A stretch of DNA of 44,820 nucleotides from Candidatus Hydrogenedentota bacterium (GTDB lineage: Bacteria > Hydrogenedentota > Hydrogenedentia > Hydrogenedentales > JAEUWI01), in contig JAXMOL010000060.1 of assembly GCA_034669905.1 (NCBI GenBank), positions 1 to 44,820 of the forward strand, given 5' to 3'. Positions 9,900 through 18,874 of the stretch are shown one piece after another. Below the pieces are notes generated by a model that did not search any database, was not told the DNA's origin, and was given only the letters and a program-made list of their open reading frames with translations. The translations under genes and the position numbers were made by a program. Within the stretch, counting starts at the first letter, position 1; each line of letters opens with the position of its first letter.

Positions 9900-9946
9900 T
9901 TGACAGTCCGACAAGGCCGTGGTACTATTGCGAATACATTGTCATT
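9900..9946 (+). promoter_or_regulatory. Sigma70 promoter with extended -10 and an overlapping imperfect palindrome
   Basis: TTGACA (9900-9905), 17 nt, TG-G-TACTAT (9923-9928). TGCGAAT-AC-ATTGTCA dyad at 9929-9944. Confidence 0.7.
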
Positions 9947-9961
9947 AAGATGGAAGACCCT

Positions 9962-10228
9962 ATGAAATTCGGTGCACACAGCCAGAAGCTCTTGCTGGTA
10001 CTGGGACTGCTTCTCGCGGTATCCCTGCTGGGGGCTTCCGTGCACCATCACGAAGGGGATGAGCACTGTTGGTATTGCACCACGGCTGCGGCTGCCTTAC
10101 TTCCCCTTGTCGCCCTGGCCCTACAGGGCCCCCAACTGAGTGGCCGCGTCCGGGCTGGCGACGAAACCATGCTTCCCTGGCATGTCGGGCGGCACATCCA
10201 GAGTCGGGGCCCTCCAGTAGACGGCTGA
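9962..10228 (+). CDS. Small DUF2946/CruR-like putative leader (arrest) peptide: signal/TM, HHHxxxxHCxxC, C-terminal RGPP
   Basis: 88 aa: hydrophobic N-terminus, VHHHEGDEHCWYC, ends HIQSRGPPVDG. Lies between a strong promoter and DUF1559 paralogue 2. Confidence 0.75.
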   Translation: MKFGAHSQKLLLVLGLLLAVSLLGASVHHHEGDEHCWYCTTAAAALLPLVALALQGPQLSGRVRAGDETMLPWHVGRHIQSRGPPVDG

Positions 10229-10444
10229 TCGCCGAAGTGACGTGTGCCATTCCGTTATTGAGACGGGGTTCCCGCGGTGCCATTCGTAACCATGCTGGTT
10301 CATTGCACCACGCCCCGTGGCATCGCGACGCCCGTGAACGGCGCTGACAGCCGTCAGCGTCTGAGCGCGCCGGGCAGCTGCACTTCGGTCTCCCCAATTT
10401 CCTGTTCAGCTACCCGAATTATGTCTATCTGGAGATTTTGTGCC

Positions 10445-11344
10445 ATGCGTCGCACTGGTTTTACCCTCATTGAACTGCTTGTAGTTATTGCCATTATCGG
10501 AATTCTGGCGGCTATCTTACTGCCCGCCCTGGCTCGGGCCCGGGAAGCGGCCCGCCGGGCCAGTTGCCAAAACAACCTGAAACAACTCGGTATCGTTTAT
10601 AAGATGTATGCCAACGAATCCCCGGGAGAGCGCTATCCCAAGATGAAAGTGCTCAACTGCGACAACGAAATTCAGCCGTGGAACGCGGTTTTTGAGCCTG
10701 ATCAGATCTATCCGGAATACCTCTCTGACTTGAATACCCTGATTTGCCCGAGTAACGCCGGTGGTGCCACGGCCCTGGAACATTGGGATCAGGGTCAAAC
10801 GCCCAGCCCAATCTGGGAAGAAGTGCCCGGGTTCAGCAACAACGGTATCGTGGAGACCTGCGAAATAAACGTCGAGCCCTATTACTACTATGGCTACGCC
10901 CTGTCGGACACCATGTTCATCGATGCCGTGGACTTCACCAACTTCGAAGCGGCGGTTGAAGCCCTGGGGGACGTGGTGAGCGGGGGGGATATTGATGCCG
11001 TGGACGAAGACTGGCCCATGGAAGATGATATGGGGAATGCCACGCCGGTGGGTGGTTATGACACCGTACTCCGTTTGCGCGAGGGCATTGAGCGCTTCTT
11101 CATTACCGACATCAACAATTCCGCGGGAAGCGCCCAGGCCCAGTCCACCATCGCGGTAATGCATGACGCCGTTTCCGAAGAAGCGACCCACTATAACCAC
11201 ATTCCCGGTGGTTCCAACGTGTTGTACATGGATGGTCACGTGAGCTTCGTTCGCTATACGGGCGAATTTGATACAGAATTCCCGATTAACCACGCAGGCT
11301 TTGCCCTCCACGAAGCGGGCGAAGGGGGCCATGCCCACCCCTGA
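10445..11344 (+). CDS. DUF1559 prepilin-type protein with H-X9-DG motif (paralogue 2), His-containing C-terminus
   Basis: [46 protein letters not shown], ends [18 protein letters not shown]. Confidence 0.93.
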   Translation: MRRTGFTLIELLVVIAIIGILAAILLPALARAREAARRASCQNNLKQLGIVYKMYANESPGERYPKMKVLNCDNEIQPWNAVFEPDQIYPEYLSDLNTLICPSNAGGATALEHWDQGQTPSPIWEEVPGFSNNGIVETCEINVEPYYYYGYALSDTMFIDAVDFTNFEAAVEALGDVVSGGDIDAVDEDWPMEDDMGNATPVGGYDTVLRLREGIERFFITDINNSAGSAQAQSTIAVMHDAVSEEATHYNHIPGGSNVLYMDGHVSFVRYTGEFDTEFPINHAGFALHEAGEGGHAHP

Positions 11345-11364
11345 TACGTGTCGTTAACCCATTC

Positions 11365-11407
11365 CGCCTCCACCCTGCTCTAACGAGTGGGTGGAGGCGT
11401 TTTTTTG
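11365..11407 (+). terminator. Rho-independent terminator
   Basis: CGCCTCCACCC...GGGTGGAGGCG followed by a run of T. Confidence 0.85.
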
Positions 11408-11784
11408 TTGGTGGCCGTGTTGGACCGAGGTTCACCGGGACCTGCTCACGCCGTTGCCACGTGACCGGGCCATTCGCCTGGGGCCAGGTTATCCGTCCAG
11501 ACCGGGCATTCCCTGCTCGGAACGGCGTACCCGTTCTGAGGGCCTCCGGGACGCAGGTGGGTGCTTGAGGCCTCGGCCTGGCATGGTCCAACACCTTCGT
11601 AAGGGCGGGACGGATGGGGTGCCGACGGCCTGTCGGCAGGGGTATCAAAATCATTTAAAATAATATTCGAAACATTTTGCTCGATATGTGATACACTACC
11701 CGCTACTAACTTCAGATGCGTACCTCCACCTGTGCCACTGAACATCACCCATCATGCATCGACATGAGTACAAAGGATAAGAAT

Positions 11785-11985
11785 ATGCCATTTGGTACCG
11801 TTAAGTTTTTCAATGAAGCAAAAGGTTTTGGTTTTATCACCCCCGACGACGGTGGCGACGACCTTTTCATCCACATCTCCAACGTCAACCCTTCCGAAGG
11901 TATCCTGTCCGAAGGACAGAAGGTTTCCTTCGAGATCGGTCAGGGACGTAAAGGTCCTGAAGCCAACGAAGTGCGTTCGGCCTAG
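11785..11985 (+). CDS. cspA: Cold-shock protein (CspA family)
   Basis: [29 protein letters not shown] (RNP1/RNP2), 66 aa, SD AAAGGA. Confidence 0.93.
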   Translation: MPFGTVKFFNEAKGFGFITPDDGGDDLFIHISNVNPSEGILSEGQKVSFEIGQGRKGPEANEVRSA

Positions 11986-12302
11986 TCCGTTCCCCCTTCA
12001 TTGGGTTAAGACAGTTTAATCCGTGTATCGTGTGGACAATCTGAATTCGTTTTCGTCGTCATCTGGCTGCTTCGGCACCGATGACGTTCGCAGTTTGTTT
12101 GCATCGTCAAAGACGAGTACTGCAGCATATCCTTAAATGACGGAATGTCGAAGCGGCTTGGTGGAGGCCAATTGGTGTTTTGAAATGGACTATATGGTGC
12201 GGGGTTGCGAAAAAAGTGTAGGTAGTATTGAGCACTTGAACACGTCATGCGCTCGACGATTCTCCTTCAGCCCCGGCTGACGCGTACACCGATTATTTTT
12301 TA

Positions 12303-12345
12303 ATGGTCAGGTGGTAGATCTAATCTACCATCTGGCCATTTTTTT
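12303..12345 (+). terminator. Rho-independent terminator-like hairpin
   Basis: ATGGTCAGGTGGTAGAT/ATCTACCATCTGGCCAT followed by TTTTTT. Confidence 0.7.
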
Positions 12346-12491
12346 GTGGGTGTGGGGATTAGAGGGAAAGGGAGGTGGCTCCCTTGCCAAGATTGGTGGT
12401 CGGTGGCATACTGAAGGTGCCGGATACGTCCAGGATTCGGTCAGGAGGCGTCCGGGGCATGGGGCCTGTCGCCATCGGTGAGGCGTTAGCG

Positions 12492-13502
12492 ATGGATGAA
12501 ACAACCGCTCGCTCCCTTCGTCAGCGGCTGAACCGGGTTGAGTTTCTGGTGGTGATGGCCCTCCTCGTTGCATTGGGGCTAATTGCCATCGGTGAGTTTA
12601 ACCGCACCCTGGGCGCTTCAACGTTACGGGTCTGCCAATCAAATCTGAAGGAAATCGGACAGGCACTCGCCATGTATGCCGACGAATCTCGCGGCGAATT
12701 ATATCCACACGTCAAGGGACTGGACTGCCGTGGCACGGTTCAGCCTTGGAGCGGGGCCCTCGATTTGTCAGAAGTTTATCCGGACTATATGGCGGACATG
12801 GACTTACTCGTGTGCCCGGCCTACCCCCTTGGAAAAACGGCCGTGGAAATCTGGGATGCGGGAAAGACTACCAATCCCCGGTGGGAGGCGGTGAAGGGTT
12901 TCAGCAACAACGGCGAGGTGGAGCCCTGCGAAGTCTTGGCCAAGCCCTACTATTACTATGGTTGGGCCTTTTCCGAGAAATTATTTCAGGCGGCAGTCCA
13001 CTATTGGCCGCGTGAGCCAGAAGATCATCGATCCCCCTTTGTGAAGGACCAGGGAATACCCGTCATAACGCCCTACGATTCGTCCACCCACACGAATCGT
13101 TTTCGACAGGCCATCCTTGCGCAGACGGCAAGGATGCGTTCCGGAGAGATTGCCCCCTCATCGGACATGTGGGAAATGACCTACGCGACCGGAACGGATA
13201 TTGTGTTACCGCGGGGTTCCGAGATCCCCATATTGCGAGAGGGGGTGGAGCGCTATTATATAGACGAAATCGGTAATCCCGCAGCAAGTTCTATGGAGCG
13301 GGCGCGAATCGTGGTGCTTCACGAAGAGCTATTCGAGTCGTCAGAACAGGTCTACCATTCCAAAGGCCGCCTGAACGTGTTGTACATGGACGGGCACGTG
13401 GCATCTCTCCGACCGGGAGACCGATGGAACGCACCCTTTCCGCTCAATGAGGCGGGCTACCTGCTCCACGACGCGGTCGAAGGTACGCTGGAAGGGCCGT
13501 AG
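12492..13502 (+). CDS. Divergent DUF1559/H-X9-DG protein (paralogue 3) with atypical prepilin N-terminus
   Basis: LNRVEFLVVMALLVALG...[34 protein letters not shown]. The shared core aligns with paralogues 1 and 2. SD GGTGAGG. Confidence 0.85.
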   Translation: MDETTARSLRQRLNRVEFLVVMALLVALGLIAIGEFNRTLGASTLRVCQSNLKEIGQALAMYADESRGELYPHVKGLDCRGTVQPWSGALDLSEVYPDYMADMDLLVCPAYPLGKTAVEIWDAGKTTNPRWEAVKGFSNNGEVEPCEVLAKPYYYYGWAFSEKLFQAAVHYWPREPEDHRSPFVKDQGIPVITPYDSSTHTNRFRQAILAQTARMRSGEIAPSSDMWEMTYATGTDIVLPRGSEIPILREGVERYYIDEIGNPAASSMERARIVVLHEELFESSEQVYHSKGRLNVLYMDGHVASLRPGDRWNAPFPLNEAGYLLHDAVEGTLEGP

Positions 13503-13656
13503 TTGGGTGCGGGGCTGTTCTTCAATACTTGGCGTGAATACCGCTCCGATACCCGGACTGCGCGGTGGCTTCTGGCGGGACGTCCGGCATTGATTGGCTT
13601 GAACAACCTAAACACCTTCCTCCGATTCCCCTTCGCCCAAAACAAATTGGTGGACC

Positions 13657-13800
13657 CTTTGGAGTGCGTAAGCTTGCTTACGCTCTTTCAGAGTGAGCTT
13701 GCTCACGTCATAGGCTGTTGTGCACGGCCACTCAAGGGCCTCCAGGGCCGGGGAGCAAGCTCCCAAGGGAAAAGCGGCAGCAAGCTGCCGCACTCCAGGG
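13657..13800. repeat. REP doublet, TTTGGAGTGCG...CGCACTCC family
   Basis: TTTGGAGTGCGTAAGCTTGCTTACGC ... AAAGCGGCAGCAAGCTGCCGCACTCCAGG, with internal AGCTTGCT/AGCAAGCT palindromes. Confidence 0.75.
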
Positions 13801-13847
13801 AGTTGTCTTTACTATCAGGCCTTCCCCGGAATTGGGTCACAAAGTAA

Positions 13848-13887
13848 ACAAAAACGGCCCCGTCATGGAAGGCATGACCAGGGCCGC
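13848..13887 (-). terminator. Probable intrinsic terminator of the minus-strand gene
   Basis: A run followed by CGGCCC-CGTCATG-GAAGG-CATGAC-CAGGGCCG hairpin. Confidence 0.6.
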
Positions 13888-13915
13888 AATCACTTTCGAT
13901 AGGATGGGAGTAAGT

Positions 13916-15028
13916 CTAACCCCGTTTGTCCAATCCCTGCGCGATGGCGAGGAGAAAGTCCCGGTTGTCCGCCGTGACATAGCGCATTTCGCCGCCCATG
14001 CGGTTGAAGCTCTTGTTGTAGCGGAGGTAGTAATCCGGGTTGTCCATGGGGGGCTCGCCCTGGGTCCAGTCCCAGTGGGATTCCTGGAGGTCGACGATGA
14101 CCATGTAGTGTTTGTCGATGTGGGTGCCCTGTTGGATGGCCAGATTCTGAGACATGGACAAGGATTTTTCGAAGACCATGGGGGACATGACGGCCGAGCC
14201 GATGCTCATGTAGACGCCGCCGTCGAGGTTGGCCACATTCTTGGCGAAGGAAAGAAAGTCGCGCTCGGCGGTGCGGCCGATGCTCGCGCCCTGGTTCATG
14301 GGATGGACGTAGATGATGTCGTGCCCAATCATGGGATGGCTCGTAAAGGGGACGCCCAGGCGATAGGCCGCGCCCTGCAATCCGAATTGCTTGAAGGGGT
14401 GCTTCACTTCCATGAAGCCGGGCTCGAGTTTGAAACGCTTCACCACATTGAGCAGGTCACAGGCGGCCGCAGCGGCTTCGCCGTAATCCTGGTCGGCGGC
14501 CAGCTGAATCTTCTTTGTCAAGTCGTCAGCGGACGGGATAGTGAGCCCTTCGTTTTCGACCAGGGCCCCGACCGATTCGCCGTAGCCCAGGCCTTCATAG
14601 GCGCCCACGACAATGGCGAGGTTCAGGTAAAAGCCCGTTTCCTGCCAGGTGCCGAATTCGCCCCGGTCTACGTTGGTGCGGACGTCTTCACTGCTGTGTC
14701 CCTGGTAGGCAAATTCCCAATCGTGGATGATGCCCGCCCCATTGGTGGCCAGGTGGGTGACCCAGCCGTCTTCGATGAGCTTGATGAAGACGGGGGCCAG
14801 GCCATTCTTGATGGCGTGGGCGCCGAAGGTGAGCATGCGCGATTTGCCCGCTTCCCGTGCGGCGACGAGGCGCTCGATGGTCTCGTCAATGACCTTTTGG
14901 GACTTGTCGTCAAAGGCGGTCGGGGGCGTATCGGGGGTGACGTGGTCCTTTTCAATGTAGACCTTGTCTTTCCGCTCGCTCAAAGGCTTGATGTGCAGCG
15001 CGTGTCTGTCAAACTGGGGATAGGGCAT
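13916..15028 (-). CDS. Conserved hypothetical protein, deoxyhypusine-synthase-like NAD-binding fold (inferred)
   Basis: 370 aa with typical codon usage. GAHAIKNGL, THLATNGAGIIHDWE and GGVYMSIGSAVMSP resemble DHS-like motifs. SD AAGGGA. Confidence 0.65.
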   Translation of the reverse strand: MPYPQFDRHALHIKPLSERKDKVYIEKDHVTPDTPPTAFDDKSQKVIDETIERLVAAREAGKSRMLTFGAHAIKNGLAPVFIKLIEDGWVTHLATNGAGIIHDWEFAYQGHSSEDVRTNVDRGEFGTWQETGFYLNLAIVVGAYEGLGYGESVGALVENEGLTIPSADDLTKKIQLAADQDYGEAAAAACDLLNVVKRFKLEPGFMEVKHPFKQFGLQGAAYRLGVPFTSHPMIGHDIIYVHPMNQGASIGRTAERDFLSFAKNVANLDGGVYMSIGSAVMSPMVFEKSLSMSQNLAIQQGTHIDKHYMVIVDLQESHWDWTQGEPPMDNPDYYLRYNKSFNRMGGEMRYVTADNRDFLLAIAQGLDKRG

Positions 15029-15066
15029 GGGATGTCCCTTTCTGTGTGTTAACTCGTGATGGTCAC

Positions 15067-15159
15067 AAGGACCAAAAGGACGAAAACGACCGAAACGACA
15101 GGCACGAATCCTATGGTTTCGCAGAAGCCATACGACCCATGAGACCCATACGTCCCATC
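15067..15159. repeat. Degenerate 9-bp tandem repeats
   Basis: AAGGACCAA AAGGACGAA AACGACCGA AACGACAGG, then CCATACGAC CCATGAGAC CCATACGTC. Confidence 0.7.
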
Positions 15160-15193
15160 GCAGGTCATTGACCGTATTACGGCCCCCAGGATA

Positions 15194-15976
15194 TTACTCG
15201 CCAGCCTTCCCGAGGGTCTTCTGGGCCAAATCGAGTTTGTCGGTCAAAATGTAATCGACGCCCGCGTCATGGAGTAATTGTATCAAGGGCGCATCATTGG
15301 CACCGAACCAGTTTACGGTGACGCCATTGGCTTTCAGCTTTTTTACTTCAGCGGCCAGGTTCTCGTGGCCATCGCGCTGGTGGAGCTGGATGAACTCACA
15401 GCCATGTTTAATGGTGTCGTCGATGTAGGCGGCCCGGTTTCCGGCCTGACGGGTCATGTTGCACGACTTAATGTCGGGCACCACGGCCCGGGCGGCCGCC
15501 ACGTTTTCGAGGGTGGTGGCGAGGAAACACTGCTCCAGTCGGCCCATTTCGGCAATCAGTTGGGCGGACTTGACCGCCACCTCCGCATCATTCTTGAGGT
15601 GGACGTTGCAAAGCACGTTTTCCGGAATGGCTTCCAGGGTTTCGCGCAAGGTGGGGATTCGGGTGTCTTTGAACTTGGGGTCAAACCAACTGCCCGCGTC
15701 GAGGGCCTTGAGTTCTGCCAGGGTGAAGTCCGTCACCTTGCCTTTGCCATTGGTGGTCCGGTCGATGGTGGCGTCGTGCATGATGACCAAGTGGCCATCC
15801 TTGCTGAGGTTGACGTCGAATTCGATCTGGGGGGCCCCCTTTTTGACCGCCGATTCAAAGGCCGGGATCGTGTTTTCCGGCGCGGCTGAAACGTCTCCCC
15901 GGTGGGCGCAGAGCTGGGCGCTGGCTGCCAAGGGCAAGAGGAGGGTGAAGGTGAGGAGGCTTATTTGTTTCAGCAT
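15194..15976 (-). CDS. Secreted glycerophosphodiester phosphodiesterase (GDPD)
   Basis: Signal peptide, AHRG, PENTIPAF, EFDVNLSKDG, HDATIDRTT. Confidence 0.92.
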   Translation of the reverse strand: MLKQISLLTFTLLLPLAASAQLCAHRGDVSAAPENTIPAFESAVKKGAPQIEFDVNLSKDGHLVIMHDATIDRTTNGKGKVTDFTLAELKALDAGSWFDPKFKDTRIPTLRETLEAIPENVLCNVHLKNDAEVAVKSAQLIAEMGRLEQCFLATTLENVAAARAVVPDIKSCNMTRQAGNRAAYIDDTIKHGCEFIQLHQRDGHENLAAEVKKLKANGVTVNWFGANDAPLIQLLHDAGVDYILTDKLDLAQKTLGKAGE

Positions 15977-16016
15977 GGTCGGGCGCGCTCTCTTTGTGCC
16001 GCAGATGCGGCGTTGA

Positions 16017-16190
16017 AAGGACCGAAACGACTTAAACGACGACAAGGACAGCTCAAAATGAAAACACGGGCTTGGATTGAGAAATTTCGCGGTAACTGCG
16101 GGACTTTGGAAGCCCCTTGGGCAAACATCGCTCGCCCACGCCCTCGTTGTCCTTTAAGTCCTGTTCGTCCTTTAGGTCCTTGGTCCTTTG
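16017..16190. repeat. Inverted arrays of 9-bp tandem repeats
   Basis: AAGGACCGA AACGACTTA AACGACGAC AAGGACAGC (16017-16052) facing GTCCTTT-type repeats (16146-16190). Confidence 0.7.
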
Positions 16191-16191
16191 T

Positions 16192-18816
16192 TTACAACAA
16201 TCCTTTTACTATCACGGGCACCTGGTCCAGGGCTTCCGGCAGTTTTTCCGGGTTCTTGCCGCCGGCCTGGGCCATGTCGGGTTTTCCGCCACCGCCGCCA
16301 CCCACGATGGGGGCGACTTGCTTGACGATGTCGCCCGCCTTAATCTGCTTGATCAAGTCATTGGTGACGCAAACATTGAGGGCCACTTTGCCGTCACTCG
16401 GGCTACCGAGGACAATAACGCCTGAGCCCAGCTTGTCCCGCATTTTCTCGATGAGGGTCTTCAGGCCTTTGCCGTCCTGACCGTCTACGCTGGCCGCGAT
16501 GACCTTAATGCCGTTCACCTCCTGGGCCTGCTCCATCAGGTCATTGATGTTGCTCGCCGCCGCCGCCGCCTTCCACTTCTCCACTTCCTTGGCGAGTTTG
16601 CGATTCTCTTCCAAGAGGGTCTTTACCCGGTCTTCGACGGAGTCGAGGCTCGTCTTCAGCAATTGGGCCGTATTGTTGAGCTGGCGTCCCTGCATGAGAA
16701 TGGTGTCCACACTCGGCTCGCCGCAGATGGCTTCAATACGCCGCACGCCGGAAGCGATGGAGGCTTCGGTCACGATCTTGAAGTAGCCAATGACGCCCGT
16801 CCGGGGCACGTGGGTACCGCCACAAAGTTCCATAGAGAAATCGCCGACGCGCACGACCCGGACAATATCGCCATACTTCTCGCCAAAGAGCGCCATGGCC
16901 CCGGCGGCCCGGGCTTCTTCCTGGGACTTGTTTTCAATCACCACGGGCTCATCGCGGCGGATGTAGTCATTGACCAGCCGCTCAATCTTTTCGAGTGAAT
17001 CGGTGTCAATACCTTCGAAGTGGGTGAAGTCGAAACGCAGTCGATCGGGGGATACCAGCGAGCCGGCCTGGTGCACGTGCTCTCCGACAATATTCTGGAG
17101 CGCAGCCTGGAGAAGGTGGGTCGCGGTGTGGTGGTTTTCAATCTGTCGGCGATTCAATTCGTTGGCCGAGGCCTCTACCTTGTCGCCCACTTTCAGCGCA
17201 CCGCTCCGTACGGTGACCGCGTGGCAAAAGAGGGTGCCGAAGACCTTCTTCACATCGGTCACCGCGCCGTTGCCCTCTACACCGTCGAGCACGCCCGTGT
17301 CGCCCACCTGGCCGCCGGACTCCGCATAGAAGGGTGTCTGGTCCAGAATGACTTCGCCTTCCTGGCCCTCGGTCAGGGTGTCGACCGTAGCACCATCGCG
17401 GATGATGGCCTTGATGGTCGCCTTGCATTCCGTGGTGTCATAGCCTTTGAAATCGGTGTCGCCGCAGGCTTCGTGGACCTGGCTGTAGACGGGCGCGATA
17501 GCCTCTTGCCCACTGCCCACGAATCCACCCCGTTCCTTCTGCTCCTTCATCGCATCGTCGAAACCGGCCTGGTCGTAGGGGTAGCCCCGTTCTTCCAGGA
17601 TGTCGATGGAGATGTCGGCAGGAAAGCCATAGGTGTCGGACAAGGTAAAGACATTCTGACCGGCGTCGTAGCCGTTCATCGTCTTATCCGTGTCCACGGG
17701 AAACATCTTGTCGAGCTGGATCATACCCCGGTTCAGGGTCTTACCGAAGGACTCTTCTTCCGCCCGAATCGTTTTTTCGATCTGGAGGCGTTTTTCCACG
17801 AGTTCCGGGTACTGATGGCCCATGAGCTTAATGACGGTGGGGGCAATCTTGTAGAGGAAGGGTTGGTCCAGGCCCAGATCCCGCCCGAAGCGTGCGGCAC
17901 GCCGAAGGAGACGTCGCAGTACGTAGCCCCGTCCGCCGTTACCTGGCAAGATGCCGTCAGCGATCATGAAGCTCAAAGACCGGGCGTGGTCGGCGATAAC
18001 GCGGTAGGGCACGGGGTTGTCGTTGTAGGCCACTTCGGTCAGCGCTTCGGTGGCTTCGATGATGGGGAAGATGCCATCCGTGTCGAAGACCGTTTCCTTG
18101 TTTTGCAGCAGGGCGGCGAGACGCTCCAGGCCCATGCCCGTATCGATGCCCCGGTTTTTCAGGGGCGGACGGCTGCCATCGGGCTGCTGGTCGAACTGGG
18201 GAAACACGAGGTTCCAGAACTCGAGAAAGCGCTCGTGGGGGTCGTTTTCCGGGTCGGCGTTGGGGTCGATATGTTCGCCCTTGTCATAGAGCAATTCGGA
18301 GCAGGGACCACAGGCACCCGTATCTCCGGCCGGGCCCCAGAAATTGTCCGCGTCGCCGAGGCGATAGAGGCGTTTCTCGGGAATGCCGATTTCGTTGTGC
18401 CAGATATCATAGGCTTCGTCGTCATCTTTGTAGACCGTGGCGACGATGGCTTCGGGATCCAGTTTCAGGACCTGTGTGGAGAATTCCCAGGCCCACTGGA
18501 TGGCTTCCCGCTTGAAATAGTCACCGAAAGAGAAATTGCCGAGCATCTCGAAGAAGGTGAGGTGCCGCGAGGTCTTGCCCACTTCGTCCAGGTCATTGGC
18601 CTTGCCGCCGGCGCGCAGACATTTTTGCGAGGTAGTGGCGGTGCGGTAGGGCACGGGCACTTCACCGGTGTAGTAGGGCTTGAACTGGACCATGCCCGCA
18701 CTCGTGAAGAGTAGGGTGGGATCATTGCTGGGTACCACAGTGTCACTACGCTCGACCACGTGGCCGCGCTCTTTAAAGAATTCGAGGTATTTTGCGCGGA
18801 TTTCGTCGCTTTTCAC
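16192..18816 (-). CDS. alaS: Alanine--tRNA ligase
   Basis: DPTLLFTSAGMVQFKP, HLTFFEMLGNFSFGDYFK, IDTGMGLER, HTATHLL, ELCGGTHV, GGGGGKPDMAQAGG. GTG start. Confidence 0.98.
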   Translation of the reverse strand: MKSDEIRAKYLEFFKERGHVVERSDTVVPSNDPTLLFTSAGMVQFKPYYTGEVPVPYRTATTSQKCLRAGGKANDLDEVGKTSRHLTFFEMLGNFSFGDYFKREAIQWAWEFSTQVLKLDPEAIVATVYKDDDEAYDIWHNEIGIPEKRLYRLGDADNFWGPAGDTGACGPCSELLYDKGEHIDPNADPENDPHERFLEFWNLVFPQFDQQPDGSRPPLKNRGIDTGMGLERLAALLQNKETVFDTDGIFPIIEATEALTEVAYNDNPVPYRVIADHARSLSFMIADGILPGNGGRGYVLRRLLRRAARFGRDLGLDQPFLYKIAPTVIKLMGHQYPELVEKRLQIEKTIRAEEESFGKTLNRGMIQLDKMFPVDTDKTMNGYDAGQNVFTLSDTYGFPADISIDILEERGYPYDQAGFDDAMKEQKERGGFVGSGQEAIAPVYSQVHEACGDTDFKGYDTTECKATIKAIIRDGATVDTLTEGQEGEVILDQTPFYAESGGQVGDTGVLDGVEGNGAVTDVKKVFGTLFCHAVTVRSGALKVGDKVEASANELNRRQIENHHTATHLLQAALQNIVGEHVHQAGSLVSPDRLRFDFTHFEGIDTDSLEKIERLVNDYIRRDEPVVIENKSQEEARAAGAMALFGEKYGDIVRVVRVGDFSMELCGGTHVPRTGVIGYFKIVTEASIASGVRRIEAICGEPSVDTILMQGRQLNNTAQLLKTSLDSVEDRVKTLLEENRKLAKEVEKWKAAAAASNINDLMEQAQEVNGIKVIAASVDGQDGKGLKTLIEKMRDKLGSGVIVLGSPSDGKVALNVCVTNDLIKQIKAGDIVKQVAPIVGGGGGGKPDMAQAGGKNPEKLPEALDQVPVIVKGLL

Positions 18817-18874
18817 GGTATTTCTCCATTTTTAGCAGGGGCTGGGGAAGCCTCTACTCTAGCAAATGGAGGGG

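Noticed and set aside
10229..10444. NiCo riboswitch suggested by CTGAGC...GCCGGGC
   Set aside because: The four-way junction pattern and the closing GTGGGACAG are absent.
17020..18714. 564-aa plus-strand ORF
   Set aside because: Antisense shadow of alaS, a common artefact in high-GC DNA.
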